Shown piece after piece: positions 25,301 to 33,946 of a stretch of 64,000 nucleotides of DNA. The position numbers were made by a program, and so were the translations under genes. Under the pieces are notes generated by a model. That model made no database searches and was not told the DNA's origin. It saw only the letters and a list, made by a program, of their open reading frames with translations. This DNA is from Verrucomicrobia bacterium UBA1319 (GTDB lineage Bacteria > Verrucomicrobiota > Verrucomicrobiia > Limisphaerales > UBA1319), in the NCBI GenBank assembly GCA_002306985.1, contig DBTJ01000170.1, positions 165 through 64,164 on the forward strand. The letters run 5' to 3'. The stretch's first letter is position 1. Each line of letters starts with the position of its first letter.

Positions 25301-27706
25301 CCACCCAGCGTATCGCTCATAGCCCCGGCCAACGGGGCGCGCTATTCCACGGCAGCCACGGTCGACTTGAAAGCGGAAGCCAGCGACGCGGATAATCCGG
25401 TGGCCTATGTTGAATTTTACGAAGGCACCACCCTTTTGGGCGTGGTTTCCAATAGCCCGTACAGCCTGAAATTAACCGCTCTTCCGGCAAACGAACACCC
25501 TTTCACGGCACGCGCGGTGGACACCTTGGGAGTGACGAGTATTTCGAGTTCGATCACCATCACCTCGGTTCCCCCGCCGGCTGTGGCTTTGAACTACCCC
25601 ACCAATGGATCGTTATTCCTAACTTCGGATTCGCTGTCGCTTCAAGCCAGCGCCACCAGCACCGGAGCAACCGTGCTCCAAGTGGAATTTTTCGTCGGCG
25701 CCAACTCCCTCGGCACAGTCACGAATAGCCCGTATACCTTAAGCATTGCCCCGCTTGAAACCGGCGCTCATCCACTCACCGCCAGGGCCACGGACGAACT
25801 GGGAGGAACCGGGTTCTCGGAAATTGTGAACATCGTCGTCGATCAACCGCCCAGCGTTTCCCTCCTCAGCCCCGCCAATACGGCGCGTTACGCCTCCGCC
25901 AGTCCCCTCACCTTGCAAGCGGCGGCGACCGATAGCGATGGCGCCATTGCCCGAGTGGAGTTTTACGCCAGCGCCAATCTGCTCGGAACGGTCACCAACC
26001 CGCCTTTCAACCTGGCCCTGGAGCCATTGCCCGCTGGCGACTACACCATCTTCGCAAAAGCCGTGGATAATTGGGGGGTAGCCACCGTTTCCAGCTCGAT
26101 AACCATCACCTCCATACCTCCGCCAACCATTGCTTTAACCGCGCCCGCCGCTGGCGCCGTGCTAGCGGCGCCGGCGAATTTCACCCTAGAGACTAGCCTG
26201 TCAAACACTGGGGCCGCGGTGGTGCAAGTCGAATTCTTCGCCGGCGCCCAATCGCTGGGCACGTCGAGCAATAGCCCATTCTCCGTACCGATTACCAATT
26301 TGCCAGCGGGAACTTACTCACTCAGTGCCCGAGCCACCGATGAACTGGGAGGCGCTGGCGTATCCAGCAATGTAAATATCGTAATCGACCAACCCCCGTC
26401 CGCAACCATGTCCTCGCCCATCAATGGGGCGCGAGTTTCCGCTTCGCTGCCGCTACTTTTGCGAACGGAGGCAACCGATGCGGACGGCTCGGTGGCGCGC
26501 GTGGAATTTTACTCCGGTACCAATTTATTGGGAGTCGTCACCAACACGCCTTTTACATTCTCACTGGTCCCACCCTCGGCGGGTGCCTGCGAATTTTCCA
26601 CCCGAGCGATCGACAACTGGGGCATCGCCTCCGCTGCAAGCGCGATCACCATTACGTCCGTACCCCCACCCTTAGTGGCATTAATCACCCCTACCAACGG
26701 CACCGTGCTGGCGGCTCCGGCTACTATCACTTTGCGGGCGGATCTCCTAAGCTCCAACGCCGCCATCTCGCAGGTCGAATTCTTTGCGGGCGCCAATTCC
26801 CTGGGCATTGCAAGCTTCAGCCCCTTTGCCATTCAAGTTGCCAACCTGACCGCGGGAACCTATAGCTTGAGCGCGATAGCAACCGATGAGTTGGGAGGCA
26901 CCGGCATATCCGGCAACACGCCCCTGCTCGTCGACCAACCGCCAACCGTAGCGCTGCTGAGTCCAACGAACACCGCTCGTTTCTCGACTTTCACTCCAGT
27001 CACTTTGCGGGCCGACGCAGCCGACACGGACGGCCAGGTGGCATATGTGGAATTTTATACGGGCGACCAACTTCTTGGAACCGTCACCAACAGTCCTTAT
27101 AGCCTCGCTATTGGCGCGCTTACGGCGGGCGAATACAACCTCAAGCTCCGGGCGGTCGATGATCTGGGCATTGCGGCCATGTCCAGCCCCATCGTCATCA
27201 CTTCCGTGCCCCCGCCTTCGGTCACCCTGGAAATCCTCGATACCAACGCGGCCTTTACCGCGCCCGCCACGGTGAAACTCCAAGCCACCGCCACCAGCCC
27301 GGGCGTCACCATCGCGCAAATCGAATTCTTTGAATCGCTCGTTTCCTGGGGCTCACTCCCGACCAATCCAAGCGTATTGGTGGTTTCTGATTTGCCGGCG
27401 GGGCATTATTCCCTCACGGCGCAAGCGACCGATGAACTCGGCGGCGTGGGCGTCTCCTCTCCGCTCAATTTCACCGTGGAAGCCGCAACCCCCATCCGGC
27501 TGCTTTCCGTTGAAACACTAAAAAACGGCGGATTTCAATTCCTCGTCATCGGACTGCCCGCCAATAGCGTCGTCGTCATCGAGGCCTCCACCAACTTGAT
27601 CGATTGGACAAGTATAACCACGCAAAGCGCGAGCGGCATTTCCCTATCTTTCACCGACACCAATGTCATCGCCTTTCCCGCCAGATATTATCGCGTGGTA
27701 AAATAA
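22385..27706 (+). CDS. Secreted S8 subtilase (I9 propeptide, catalytic domain, PKD domain, NIDO-like domain) fused to 11 tandem Ig-like domains and the shared C-terminal module
   Basis: Signal peptide MENRKSVLPKWADICLLLVLFASAGFG. Catalytic triad contexts VAVIDTGVRYTHQDL, HGTHVAGIIGAVGNDGVGVVGVA, SGTSMATPYVAGVLALL. PKD: CRWDFGDGSPAVTDTTPSHAYATPGFYTTTLTI. NIDO-like: LPFPFVFYGKTNTQLYIGANGILGF...CPYWDGL. The repeats follow, and the CTD at 27491..27703 ends ARYYRVVK. Confidence 0.85.
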   Translation: MENRKSVLPKWADICLLLVLFASAGFGAPAPRYRSDRILIQPKAGEDSGTLAKKHAAKGVSILHEYGNLRHLQVLGLATNMEVLETVREYQESGLVEYAEPDYILRASLEPNDPSFTSGTLWGLKNTGQSGGRAGVDIAATNGWAITHDASSVVVAVIDTGVRYTHQDLASNMWINPKVVAGSGVSPYGTNVLGVNKDPMDDGGHGTHVAGIIGAVGNDGVGVVGVAWKVQIMALKFLDSTGSGSLSDAIRCLDYARQNGAHIVNASWGDTNFSLSLYNAIEQTRQAGIILVAAAANDGLNTDVYPNYPSGYPLDNVVSVGAIDRYGDLPSYSNYGARTVHLAAPGSAIYSCWYTSDSQYATASGTSMATPYVAGVLALLKSTYPTENYRQLIARLMANTTPLTTLDRKCVSGGMANLAAALSAETVPSFTASAYAGSAPLQLWVTNTSIGATGCRWDFGDGSPAVTDTTPSHAYATPGFYTTTLTITNRSGTAISTAREIAVLDNYLMQSTNYNWIDTSLLSRVTLTTNDISDAVSLPFPFVFYGKTNTQLYIGANGILGFKAAELNLADNVNFPSVQTPHGVICPYWDGLSVPSSGGIYAGAVGEAPNRKMVISWVGVYSSSAPLTFQAVLSEGSPNILFQYKEVTPNNSRGAGRRATVGIEDDSGTVCAKYTYNGSPSILANQQAWLFTPQVFVYEPPTVALTSPTNGTVLTAPASLALTAEAASTGSVITQVEFLAGTQSLGIDTTSPYQLAFSSLGSGTYALTAKATDAKGASTTSAPIQITIDQPPVVAIANLADGGRVSASNPLTLVAEATDSDGQVITIEFYSGTNLLGITSGNQPSVTLQAFPEGVYILSARAVDDLGIATISPAITITSVAPPTVTLTAPVDGAQFSGATALSLQAQAFNTGAAVTQVEFFAGANLLGIATHSPYSLEVSSLTAGRYRLTARATDELGGIGWSSAANIVIDQPPSVSLIAPANGARYSTAATVDLKAEASDADNPVAYVEFYEGTTLLGVVSNSPYSLKLTALPANEHPFTARAVDTLGVTSISSSITITSVPPPAVALNYPTNGSLFLTSDSLSLQASATSTGATVLQVEFFVGANSLGTVTNSPYTLSIAPLETGAHPLTARATDELGGTGFSEIVNIVVDQPPSVSLLSPANTARYASASPLTLQAAATDSDGAIARVEFYASANLLGTVTNPPFNLALEPLPAGDYTIFAKAVDNWGVATVSSSITITSIPPPTIALTAPAAGAVLAAPANFTLETSLSNTGAAVVQVEFFAGAQSLGTSSNSPFSVPITNLPAGTYSLSARATDELGGAGVSSNVNIVIDQPPSATMSSPINGARVSASLPLLLRTEATDADGSVARVEFYSGTNLLGVVTNTPFTFSLVPPSAGACEFSTRAIDNWGIASAASAITITSVPPPLVALITPTNGTVLAAPATITLRADLLSSNAAISQVEFFAGANSLGIASFSPFAIQVANLTAGTYSLSAIATDELGGTGISGNTPLLVDQPPTVALLSPTNTARFSTFTPVTLRADAADTDGQVAYVEFYTGDQLLGTVTNSPYSLAIGALTAGEYNLKLRAVDDLGIAAMSSPIVITSVPPPSVTLEILDTNAAFTAPATVKLQATATSPGVTIAQIEFFESLVSWGSLPTNPSVLVVSDLPAGHYSLTAQATDELGGVGVSSPLNFTVEAATPIRLLSVETLKNGGFQFLVIGLPANSVVVIEASTNLIDWTSITTQSASGISLSFTDTNVIAFPARYYRVVK
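24482..27480 (+). repeat. In-frame tandem array, period about 546 bp (two-domain A+B Ig-like cassette), 5.5 copies
   Basis: A-units start at about 24482, 25024, 25568, 26113, 26660 and 27205 (PPTVALTSPTNG.., PPTVTLTAPVDG.., PPPAVALNYPTNG.., PPPTIALTAPAAG.., PPPLVALITPTNG.., PPPSVTLEILDT..). B-units start at IDQPP(V/S).. and end ITITSVPPP. About half of the residues look conserved between copies by eye, so the repeats are diverged and not recent. Confidence 0.85.
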
Positions 27707-28028
27707 CGATAGCTTGCGCGGGTAAATTCATTACCACACCCATCAGAAGCGGTTATAAAACAAAAAACACCTCCCGCTCGGTAACTTTCTTCCACTCGGC
27801 TGACTGGGCTGGCCGAAACAACAACCAGCGCGGAATTTGTCCGACTTCGCTCACCCTGCGGCCATCGCCGTAAATACAACGACGCGGCGGTCCGGCGCGA
27901 GTGGTTTCGGCTTAACGCCCGTAGCTCAAAGGGATAAGCTCAACCTCGTTTAATTATTATCATTAAGCTTCCTCAAGATTCTTTACGGCCATAGTTGCCC
28001 GACTCCCAAGTCTGCATTATGATTACAC

Positions 28029-28799
28029 ATGACGAGATACGCACTTATTGCCGACATACACGCGAACTTGGAGGCTTTACGTTCCGTGCTGACCGACATC
28101 CAAGAACAACAGTGCAGTCACATCGCTTGCCTGGGTGATATCGTTGGCTGCAATGACAACCCTAAAGAATGTTTGGATCTCATTCGTGGGGCCGGGATTC
28201 CGTCCATCAAAGGAGACTACGACGAGTATTGTTCCAACGCGGCTCCGCTAGATGGCTTTAACCGCGAAGCCGCCGCTCACATTCAGTGGACCCGCAACCA
28301 ACTGAGCGAGGCGGATCGGCAATGGCTTCATCAACTACCTTACCAACTCGAATTGGAAGATTTTGTCCTGGTCCACACTTCGCTGGACCGCCCGCAGCGT
28401 TGGGCGTGCGTACTGGAAACCGCCGCCGCCGGGTATCATTTTGCCAATCAAAAAGCCCGCGTCTGCTTTTTCGCGCACACGCACAATCCGGTGGTGTACA
28501 TCAAAAAAGACAACGTATGCGAGCTTTCCTACACCGAATTCAAAGTGGAACCGGAAGTTAAGTACCTGGTCAACGTAGGCAGTGTGGGGCAAACCGAGCC
28601 GCAAACACGCACCGACATGGCGATTTACGCCATTTACGATTTGGAAAAGCAAGTCATCCGGCTGCGCTCAGTGAATTATGCCAAACCCGCGTTGCCGCGC
28701 CCAGAACCGGAGGCGTTGGCCCCGGAACCGGCGGCCTTACGCATTCCGATCCGAACGGTACAGCCCGTCAGCACGCCCCAGTTGCCTGGGGCGGCATGA
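28029..28799 (+). CDS. Metallophosphoesterase (calcineurin-like, YfcE/MJ0936-type) with a Pro-rich C-terminal tail
   Basis: YALIADIHANLEAL...CLGDIVGCN...VLVHTS...CFFAHTHNP..VGSVGQ are the metallophosphoesterase D-x-H / GD / GNH-type blocks. Confidence 0.8.
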   Translation: MTRYALIADIHANLEALRSVLTDIQEQQCSHIACLGDIVGCNDNPKECLDLIRGAGIPSIKGDYDEYCSNAAPLDGFNREAAAHIQWTRNQLSEADRQWLHQLPYQLELEDFVLVHTSLDRPQRWACVLETAAAGYHFANQKARVCFFAHTHNPVVYIKKDNVCELSYTEFKVEPEVKYLVNVGSVGQTEPQTRTDMAIYAIYDLEKQVIRLRSVNYAKPALPRPEPEALAPEPAALRIPIRTVQPVSTPQLPGAA

Positions 28800-28819
28800 C
28801 TTTGCGCCGATTTTGAAAA

Positions 28820-28835
28820 GCCCGCCTAAGCGGGC
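28820..28835 (-). terminator. Candidate intrinsic terminator for the AsmA-like gene
   Basis: The minus strand reads GCCCGC-TTAG-GCGGGC followed by TTTTCAAAAT, about 100 nt downstream of the AsmA-like stop in a convergent intergenic region. Confidence 0.5.
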
Positions 28836-28937
28836 CGTCAAGGAGTCTTTCGTTTCCCAAGGAGAGTATCGGCTAGATTCACCAACCGCGCCGCATTCAC
28901 TCATTTCGTTCTCCGAATGAAGCGGCGCTGAATGATT

Positions 28938-31900
28938 TCAACGACCTTTGCGGAATATATTGAGAATATTCAAGGCCTTATTGACATTGGTATTTGAGCC
29001 CGCCGGAGAATTGGAAACGGCGGAAACCGCGTTGGTGGCGGCCAGCGCATCCAAAATATTGAGTACTTTGGTGGCGGTGGCATTAGTGCCCGCCGCGGTC
29101 GTAATCGCGTTGGTCGTGGAGGTTGTGCCGCTGAGAATGCTCGTGATATTCGTCAACACCTTCGATCCGGCGAACGCAGGCAAGCCCGCCACCGATTGCA
29201 GACTCATTTTTGCCAGCTCTAATTTACTGATTTCCGGTTTGGGCGATCCCAGCGTGCCTTTGACTTGCACAAATGAAGGCAGCGTGACGAACGTCGCGTT
29301 CGTGGGCGTGCTGCTCGGCACCAGATTCGCTTTCTGCGCCACGGAACGTTCCAAAGCGATATCCACGGGTAAGGCTAGCGTCGAATTGGTTAATACGGAA
29401 GCCAGTGTGATGGTGCCTTGGCTGGTGGCCTGGAAGGAAGGGGTATAAACGGTCAGGCTTTGAAGTGTAACAATTCCCGGTCCCGCTTTGGCTTGCGCCA
29501 CCATTCCGTTGACCGGTGAGTTCAACAGCTCAGGCAACCGCAGCACCGTCAAGATCGGCGTAAGCAAAGATTTCGACCAAGCGCTCACCAATACGATATT
29601 GGCATTCGTGAGCGTGAAGGAAATCTGAGCCGCCAAATTCGATTGGATACTGGGATCCGTAATGCCCGCCCCTTTGATCTGGGCATCCAAGGTCACATTA
29701 CCTTGGTATTTCCCATTGGCCCCGGCCACGAAGGTATTTGCCAACGGTTCCACAGGCATATTAGTAGTTTGCATGGCCAGATCATACGTGTATCCCACCA
29801 CCCCCAAATTCAACGCCGCAGTGGCTTTGACCGGAGTGCCGTTCAGGTTGAATCCGAACGGATTGATTTGCGCGTTGCCGCCGTTGAGTTTGGTGGTAGC
29901 CACCAAATTACTCAGGGCTATGTCTTCCAGATAAAGCCGGCCCACTTTCAGATCGGCGCTAAAATTCTGGAAGGGCAAGGTTATGGCCGCCGGCTCGGTT
30001 GGCGCGGCGGTGGTGGTTTTCACATTCTTGGACGCAGCGGCCGGTTTGGCGGCAGTGGCAGCCGTTGAGGTCGTGGTGGCGTTGGTTTTCGCCAGCATCC
30101 GCCAATACGGCGTCAAATCCAAAGAGTCGGCTTGCGCCACCAGTTGCCCCGAATAAGCGTTGCTGGCGGATAGATCCAATTTGCCGGTGACCTGGAATTC
30201 GTTCGATCCCAGCGTGGTCGGATTCAAAGCCACCAGGAATTGCCGCAACTCCAGCAATTTGGCTTTAATGGAAGCATCCCATTTCAAGGTGATGTTCAGC
30301 GGCGTCCCTGAATTCGTCCCGCTGGCGGCAGTTTCCGCCACAAGTAAGTTGGTGACACTTAAGCTCGATTTAAACTGGGAATCCTTATCGGGCGAATAAT
30401 CCACATTCCCAAAGCCGTTGATACTGACGGAGGCGAGTTTTTTGGGCGCAAGATAGTTTTCCACCCACGCCGCCAAGCCTTTTTCATTCACGTTGGTCAC
30501 GCCATAGGCAAGCCGCGCCGCCAAGGTTTTTAGGTCTAAGTTTCCAGACAAAGCCACCACGCCTCCGGAACGAACGCCCCCTTGTTCGGGCCCAAGCTTA
30601 AGCAGGCACTGGCTAATATCTACCGCGTTGGACTGGCCCATCGCCGCATCTAGGACCCATTCAAAATTGAGCGGGGTGGCCGGCAATTTTTTGGCCGGAT
30701 CGGCAAAGGTTAGCCCCCCCATTTTAAGATCGGCTTTGATCGCGGTTTTACCCGCTGGATCGTAGGCAACGCTGCCTTCGGAACTCAGCGAAAAGCGCGG
30801 CACCGGCATCGAGGAAAGCAAAGGCGCCAGGAATGGGCCGGCCGCGTACTGGTTCAAATCGATGGTGTTGAAGGTGAATTGCGCGGTCTTTTTGGAAAGA
30901 TCGTAAACCCCGCTCAGGCCAAGGGAACCTCCGGAATTGAAACTGTCTTTCGCCGTGATTTTCAAACCGTTTAGATGAATGCTATCCTCTTTGGCATCCA
31001 CTTCACATTCCACTTGGGCGGTGTAATTCGTCAGCCGATACCCGGCGCAATCGCCGGTAAAACCGTCGATTGAAACGCTGCCGGAGACCATTTTTTGCAA
31101 GGGCGGATACTTTTGCGCCAGCAGCAAATTCAATTTTACCAAACCGCTGGAGCAATGGATTTGCGCCACCGGATATTGGGCCAGCAAAGCGGCCAGATTG
31201 CCTTCCAGAACCAACCGCAAATTGCCGTTGGTGGTGGACAGGGAGTAATCTCCCGAGCCGCTCGCCGAAATGGTGGCCACCGGCGCGCTCTCCCGGGCTT
31301 CGAAGGTATAGCTTTCGAGCACGAACTTGCGATAATCCTCCATCCGCCCCTTCAGCTGACTTTGCAGCGAAGCGAAAGCCAGGCGATTGGTGCCCACGGT
31401 AACCGCGAAATCGCGGGCATATAACCCCAAATCCGCGAGCAACACCTTGCCATCCTTCTGCGCGGTGACTTTCCCCGCCACCGCCAAGGTGCCGGAAGGC
31501 GTATTGGTCCCCGCAAACACGCTCCAGTCTTTCAAATTCAAATTGGTCAGGGACAACACCAGGCTGGCTTCTTGAAATCCCGCTTGTTTTTGTCCCCAAT
31601 TCAAATTCATGGCGCGATCGAGTTTGGCGGATAAAAAGTCTCGCCCGGCGATCGTGCTGGCCAAACCCAAGCGCTGAACGATCAACGACTGGGCTTTGAA
31701 ATCGAGGTTAACTTGATAGGAAAAATCCGCGTTGATCGCGGGCGTTGTCTGGCGGTTCTGGAGCAGCGTTAACTGCCCGCCACGCCAATTGCCGCTCAAG
31801 GAAACAATATTCCCCCCTTGGGTCACATCCAGCATATTGGTGGCGTCCAAGGTGGTTTGCGCGAAGTCCAGCCCGGCGGCCGCGCCCGCCAAGTTTAATA

Positions 31901-32870
31901 TCTGACGGTTGATCGAAAGCAATTCGAGCTTCAAACGGCCTTCATTTTTGGTCCGATCGAACGGTCCGCTTAGATTCAATTGGCCCAAGGCGGCCCCGGC
32001 TTTTTCAAAGCGCAAATTGAGCTTTTCCACGTTGTTGGGGGTCAGCGAGCAATCCAGCGTCGCCGCCAGATTGGCTCCGTCCGCCCAGGCGCCCTGGGCT
32101 TGGGTCACTTCGACTTTGGTGGAACCCGACACCGCTTCCGGAATCAGATCAGCCCCGACTCGATAGGTGTAATTGCCCGCCAACTTGCCTTGCAGCAAAC
32201 TCGGCGTGGCATTCGTGCGGTTGCGAATTTCATATTTGACGGCCGCCTCGACGACGAGCTTGCCGGGCTGGCTGTTTTGAAATTTATCGATCGTGAGGTT
32301 CAAGCCGGAGATCTCCGCTTGATCGCTGCCGGAAGCGCCCTGCGTCACGTAGCGCACCGTGCCCCGCTGGATGGCGATTTGGTTCAAGGAAATCTGAAAA
32401 GGAGCCGTTTTCACCGCGGCGGCTTTGGTTCCCTGATTTTTAGCCATGCCATTGAGTAAAGCGTTTAAATTATCGTTCTTCCCATCGTCCGATTTCACCC
32501 AATTCACCACGGGGGCCACCAGGTTCACCTCGTGAATCTCATATTTCCCGCCGAGTATGCCGAACAGGCTGAAGTGCGCGCTGACCTCCTGCGCGCTCAA
32601 AAGGGGTTCCGCCCCTTCCGGCTGCAGCGAGAACCCCCGAATGGTCAGCGACCCCATGAGCGGGCTGGCCGAAATGCTATCGGCGGTGACTTTGGCCGCG
32701 AGGACGGCGCCCGCCTTGGGTAAAACAAACGATTTGAGAAACGCCGAACTGGTGACAATTAAATAGGCGATGACCATCAAACCCGCCAGACCGCCCACCC
32801 CGACACCCAACCAAAAGCCGAGCCGGCGTTTGGCCGGAGCGGCGTTTGACCGCGAACTATCTTCACTCAT
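28938..32870 (-). CDS. AsmA/TamB-like large envelope protein (N-terminal membrane anchor, long beta-rich body, Thr/Ala/Asn-rich tail)
   Basis: The ATG at 32870 gives MSEDSSRSNAAPAKRRLGFWLGVGVGGLAGLMVIAYLIV, followed by SAFLKSFVLPKAGAVLAAKVTADSISASPLMGSLTIRGFSLQP (AsmA-like N-terminus). About 1310 aa. It starts 4 nt after the hldD stop. Confidence 0.72.
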   Translation of the reverse strand: MSEDSSRSNAAPAKRRLGFWLGVGVGGLAGLMVIAYLIVTSSAFLKSFVLPKAGAVLAAKVTADSISASPLMGSLTIRGFSLQPEGAEPLLSAQEVSAHFSLFGILGGKYEIHEVNLVAPVVNWVKSDDGKNDNLNALLNGMAKNQGTKAAAVKTAPFQISLNQIAIQRGTVRYVTQGASGSDQAEISGLNLTIDKFQNSQPGKLVVEAAVKYEIRNRTNATPSLLQGKLAGNYTYRVGADLIPEAVSGSTKVEVTQAQGAWADGANLAATLDCSLTPNNVEKLNLRFEKAGAALGQLNLSGPFDRTKNEGRLKLELLSINRQILNLAGAAAGLDFAQTTLDATNMLDVTQGGNIVSLSGNWRGGQLTLLQNRQTTPAINADFSYQVNLDFKAQSLIVQRLGLASTIAGRDFLSAKLDRAMNLNWGQKQAGFQEASLVLSLTNLNLKDWSVFAGTNTPSGTLAVAGKVTAQKDGKVLLADLGLYARDFAVTVGTNRLAFASLQSQLKGRMEDYRKFVLESYTFEARESAPVATISASGSGDYSLSTTNGNLRLVLEGNLAALLAQYPVAQIHCSSGLVKLNLLLAQKYPPLQKMVSGSVSIDGFTGDCAGYRLTNYTAQVECEVDAKEDSIHLNGLKITAKDSFNSGGSLGLSGVYDLSKKTAQFTFNTIDLNQYAAGPFLAPLLSSMPVPRFSLSSEGSVAYDPAGKTAIKADLKMGGLTFADPAKKLPATPLNFEWVLDAAMGQSNAVDISQCLLKLGPEQGGVRSGGVVALSGNLDLKTLAARLAYGVTNVNEKGLAAWVENYLAPKKLASVSINGFGNVDYSPDKDSQFKSSLSVTNLLVAETAASGTNSGTPLNITLKWDASIKAKLLELRQFLVALNPTTLGSNEFQVTGKLDLSASNAYSGQLVAQADSLDLTPYWRMLAKTNATTTSTAATAAKPAAASKNVKTTTAAPTEPAAITLPFQNFSADLKVGRLYLEDIALSNLVATTKLNGGNAQINPFGFNLNGTPVKATAALNLGVVGYTYDLAMQTTNMPVEPLANTFVAGANGKYQGNVTLDAQIKGAGITDPSIQSNLAAQISFTLTNANIVLVSAWSKSLLTPILTVLRLPELLNSPVNGMVAQAKAGPGIVTLQSLTVYTPSFQATSQGTITLASVLTNSTLALPVDIALERSVAQKANLVPSSTPTNATFVTLPSFVQVKGTLGSPKPEISKLELAKMSLQSVAGLPAFAGSKVLTNITSILSGTTSTTNAITTAAGTNATATKVLNILDALAATNAVSAVSNSPAGSNTNVNKALNILNIFRKGR

Positions 32871-32874
32871 AAAA

Positions 32875-33810
32875 TTACAACCTTTCTTTTCCTTCCAAAA
32901 TAGCAATATAATCGGCAATCCCGGCGGCGGGCCCGTATTGGGGCTCGAACTGGAGCTCTTTGCGAGCCAGTTCCATGTCCGCCTCGGTATGATTCTGATA
33001 AAAGGCTCCGTAAGGATTCTCGATGTACTCCGTTTTCAAATTGGCGCCCAAGGCGCGATTGATTTCGCCGATGACCTCGTTGAATGAAAACGGCTGGCCG
33101 GAGCCGCAATTATACACCCGGCTGCCGGCGGCGGAGAGCGCCCGCTGGAGCATGGCCACCACGTCTTTGACGTACACAAAATCGCGCTTTTGCTCCCCCG
33201 CGCGAAACACCCGCGGATTGCGGCCCGCCTTCATTTGCAGGTACAGTTGGTAAATCATGCTGGCGGCCGCCTTCTTATGGGCTTCTCGAGGGCCGTAAAC
33301 ATTAAAGAAACGCAGGCCGGTGATTTTCCAGGCGGGATGTTTGCGCCCGTACTCCCGGGCCCAATTGTCCAATTGCACCTTGGAAAAAGCGTAAATATTC
33401 GCGGGCTTGGGCACTTGATCCTCGCGCATCAAGCTGCCGCCCATGCCATAGGTAGCGGCGGAAGAGGCGTAAACCACCGGCATCCCCGCCGGAGCGGCGA
33501 ATTCGGCCAGCTTGCGAAAACCCTCCACGTTGTCATGCGCCTGAAGCAACTGGTCGTGAACGGTGGTATCGGTAATCGAGGCCAGGTGGAAGATAGCGTC
33601 GAACACGGTATCCTTAAACTGGGCATTCCAGTCCAACCGTGACACATCGGCGGCAATGACGCCACCGCGGAAACCTTGCAGATTGCGAAAATCGCCGGAG
33701 CGGAAATCATCCACCACTACGATCCAAGCGTCCGGGTACTTCGCTTGCAGAGCCAAAGCCAGATTCGAACCGATGAATCCCGCGCCGCCAGTAACTAATA
33801 TGTTACGCAT
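32875..33810 (-). CDS. hldD: ADP-L-glycero-D-manno-heptose 6-epimerase
   Basis: ILVTGGAGFIGSN, YASSAATYG, LRFFNVYGPREAHKKAAASM, KRDFVYVKDV and YQNHTEADM closely track the E. coli HldD/RfaD blocks. Confidence 0.85.
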   Translation of the reverse strand: MRNILVTGGAGFIGSNLALALQAKYPDAWIVVVDDFRSGDFRNLQGFRGGVIAADVSRLDWNAQFKDTVFDAIFHLASITDTTVHDQLLQAHDNVEGFRKLAEFAAPAGMPVVYASSAATYGMGGSLMREDQVPKPANIYAFSKVQLDNWAREYGRKHPAWKITGLRFFNVYGPREAHKKAAASMIYQLYLQMKAGRNPRVFRAGEQKRDFVYVKDVVAMLQRALSAAGSRVYNCGSGQPFSFNEVIGEINRALGANLKTEYIENPYGAFYQNHTEADMELARKELQFEPQYGPAAGIADYIAILEGKERL

Positions 33811-33946
33811 CCAGCCTAAACTAACGGATAGAACCGCTTTCCGTCAACCGCTCTCCACCTAAGTGAAAACCATGCCGACACAACCTTCCCGCGCCATTTG
33901 CGACCCGGCAAAGGTTAAAGCCAACACGAACCTTCCCCTCTCGTTT

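Noticed and set aside
24482-27480. Regular 546-bp periodicity that could be mistaken for a CRISPR-like or satellite array.
   Set aside because: The whole array is one uninterrupted reading frame encoding Ig-like domains. The units are far longer than CRISPR repeats, there is no spacer structure, and no cas genes are in the window.
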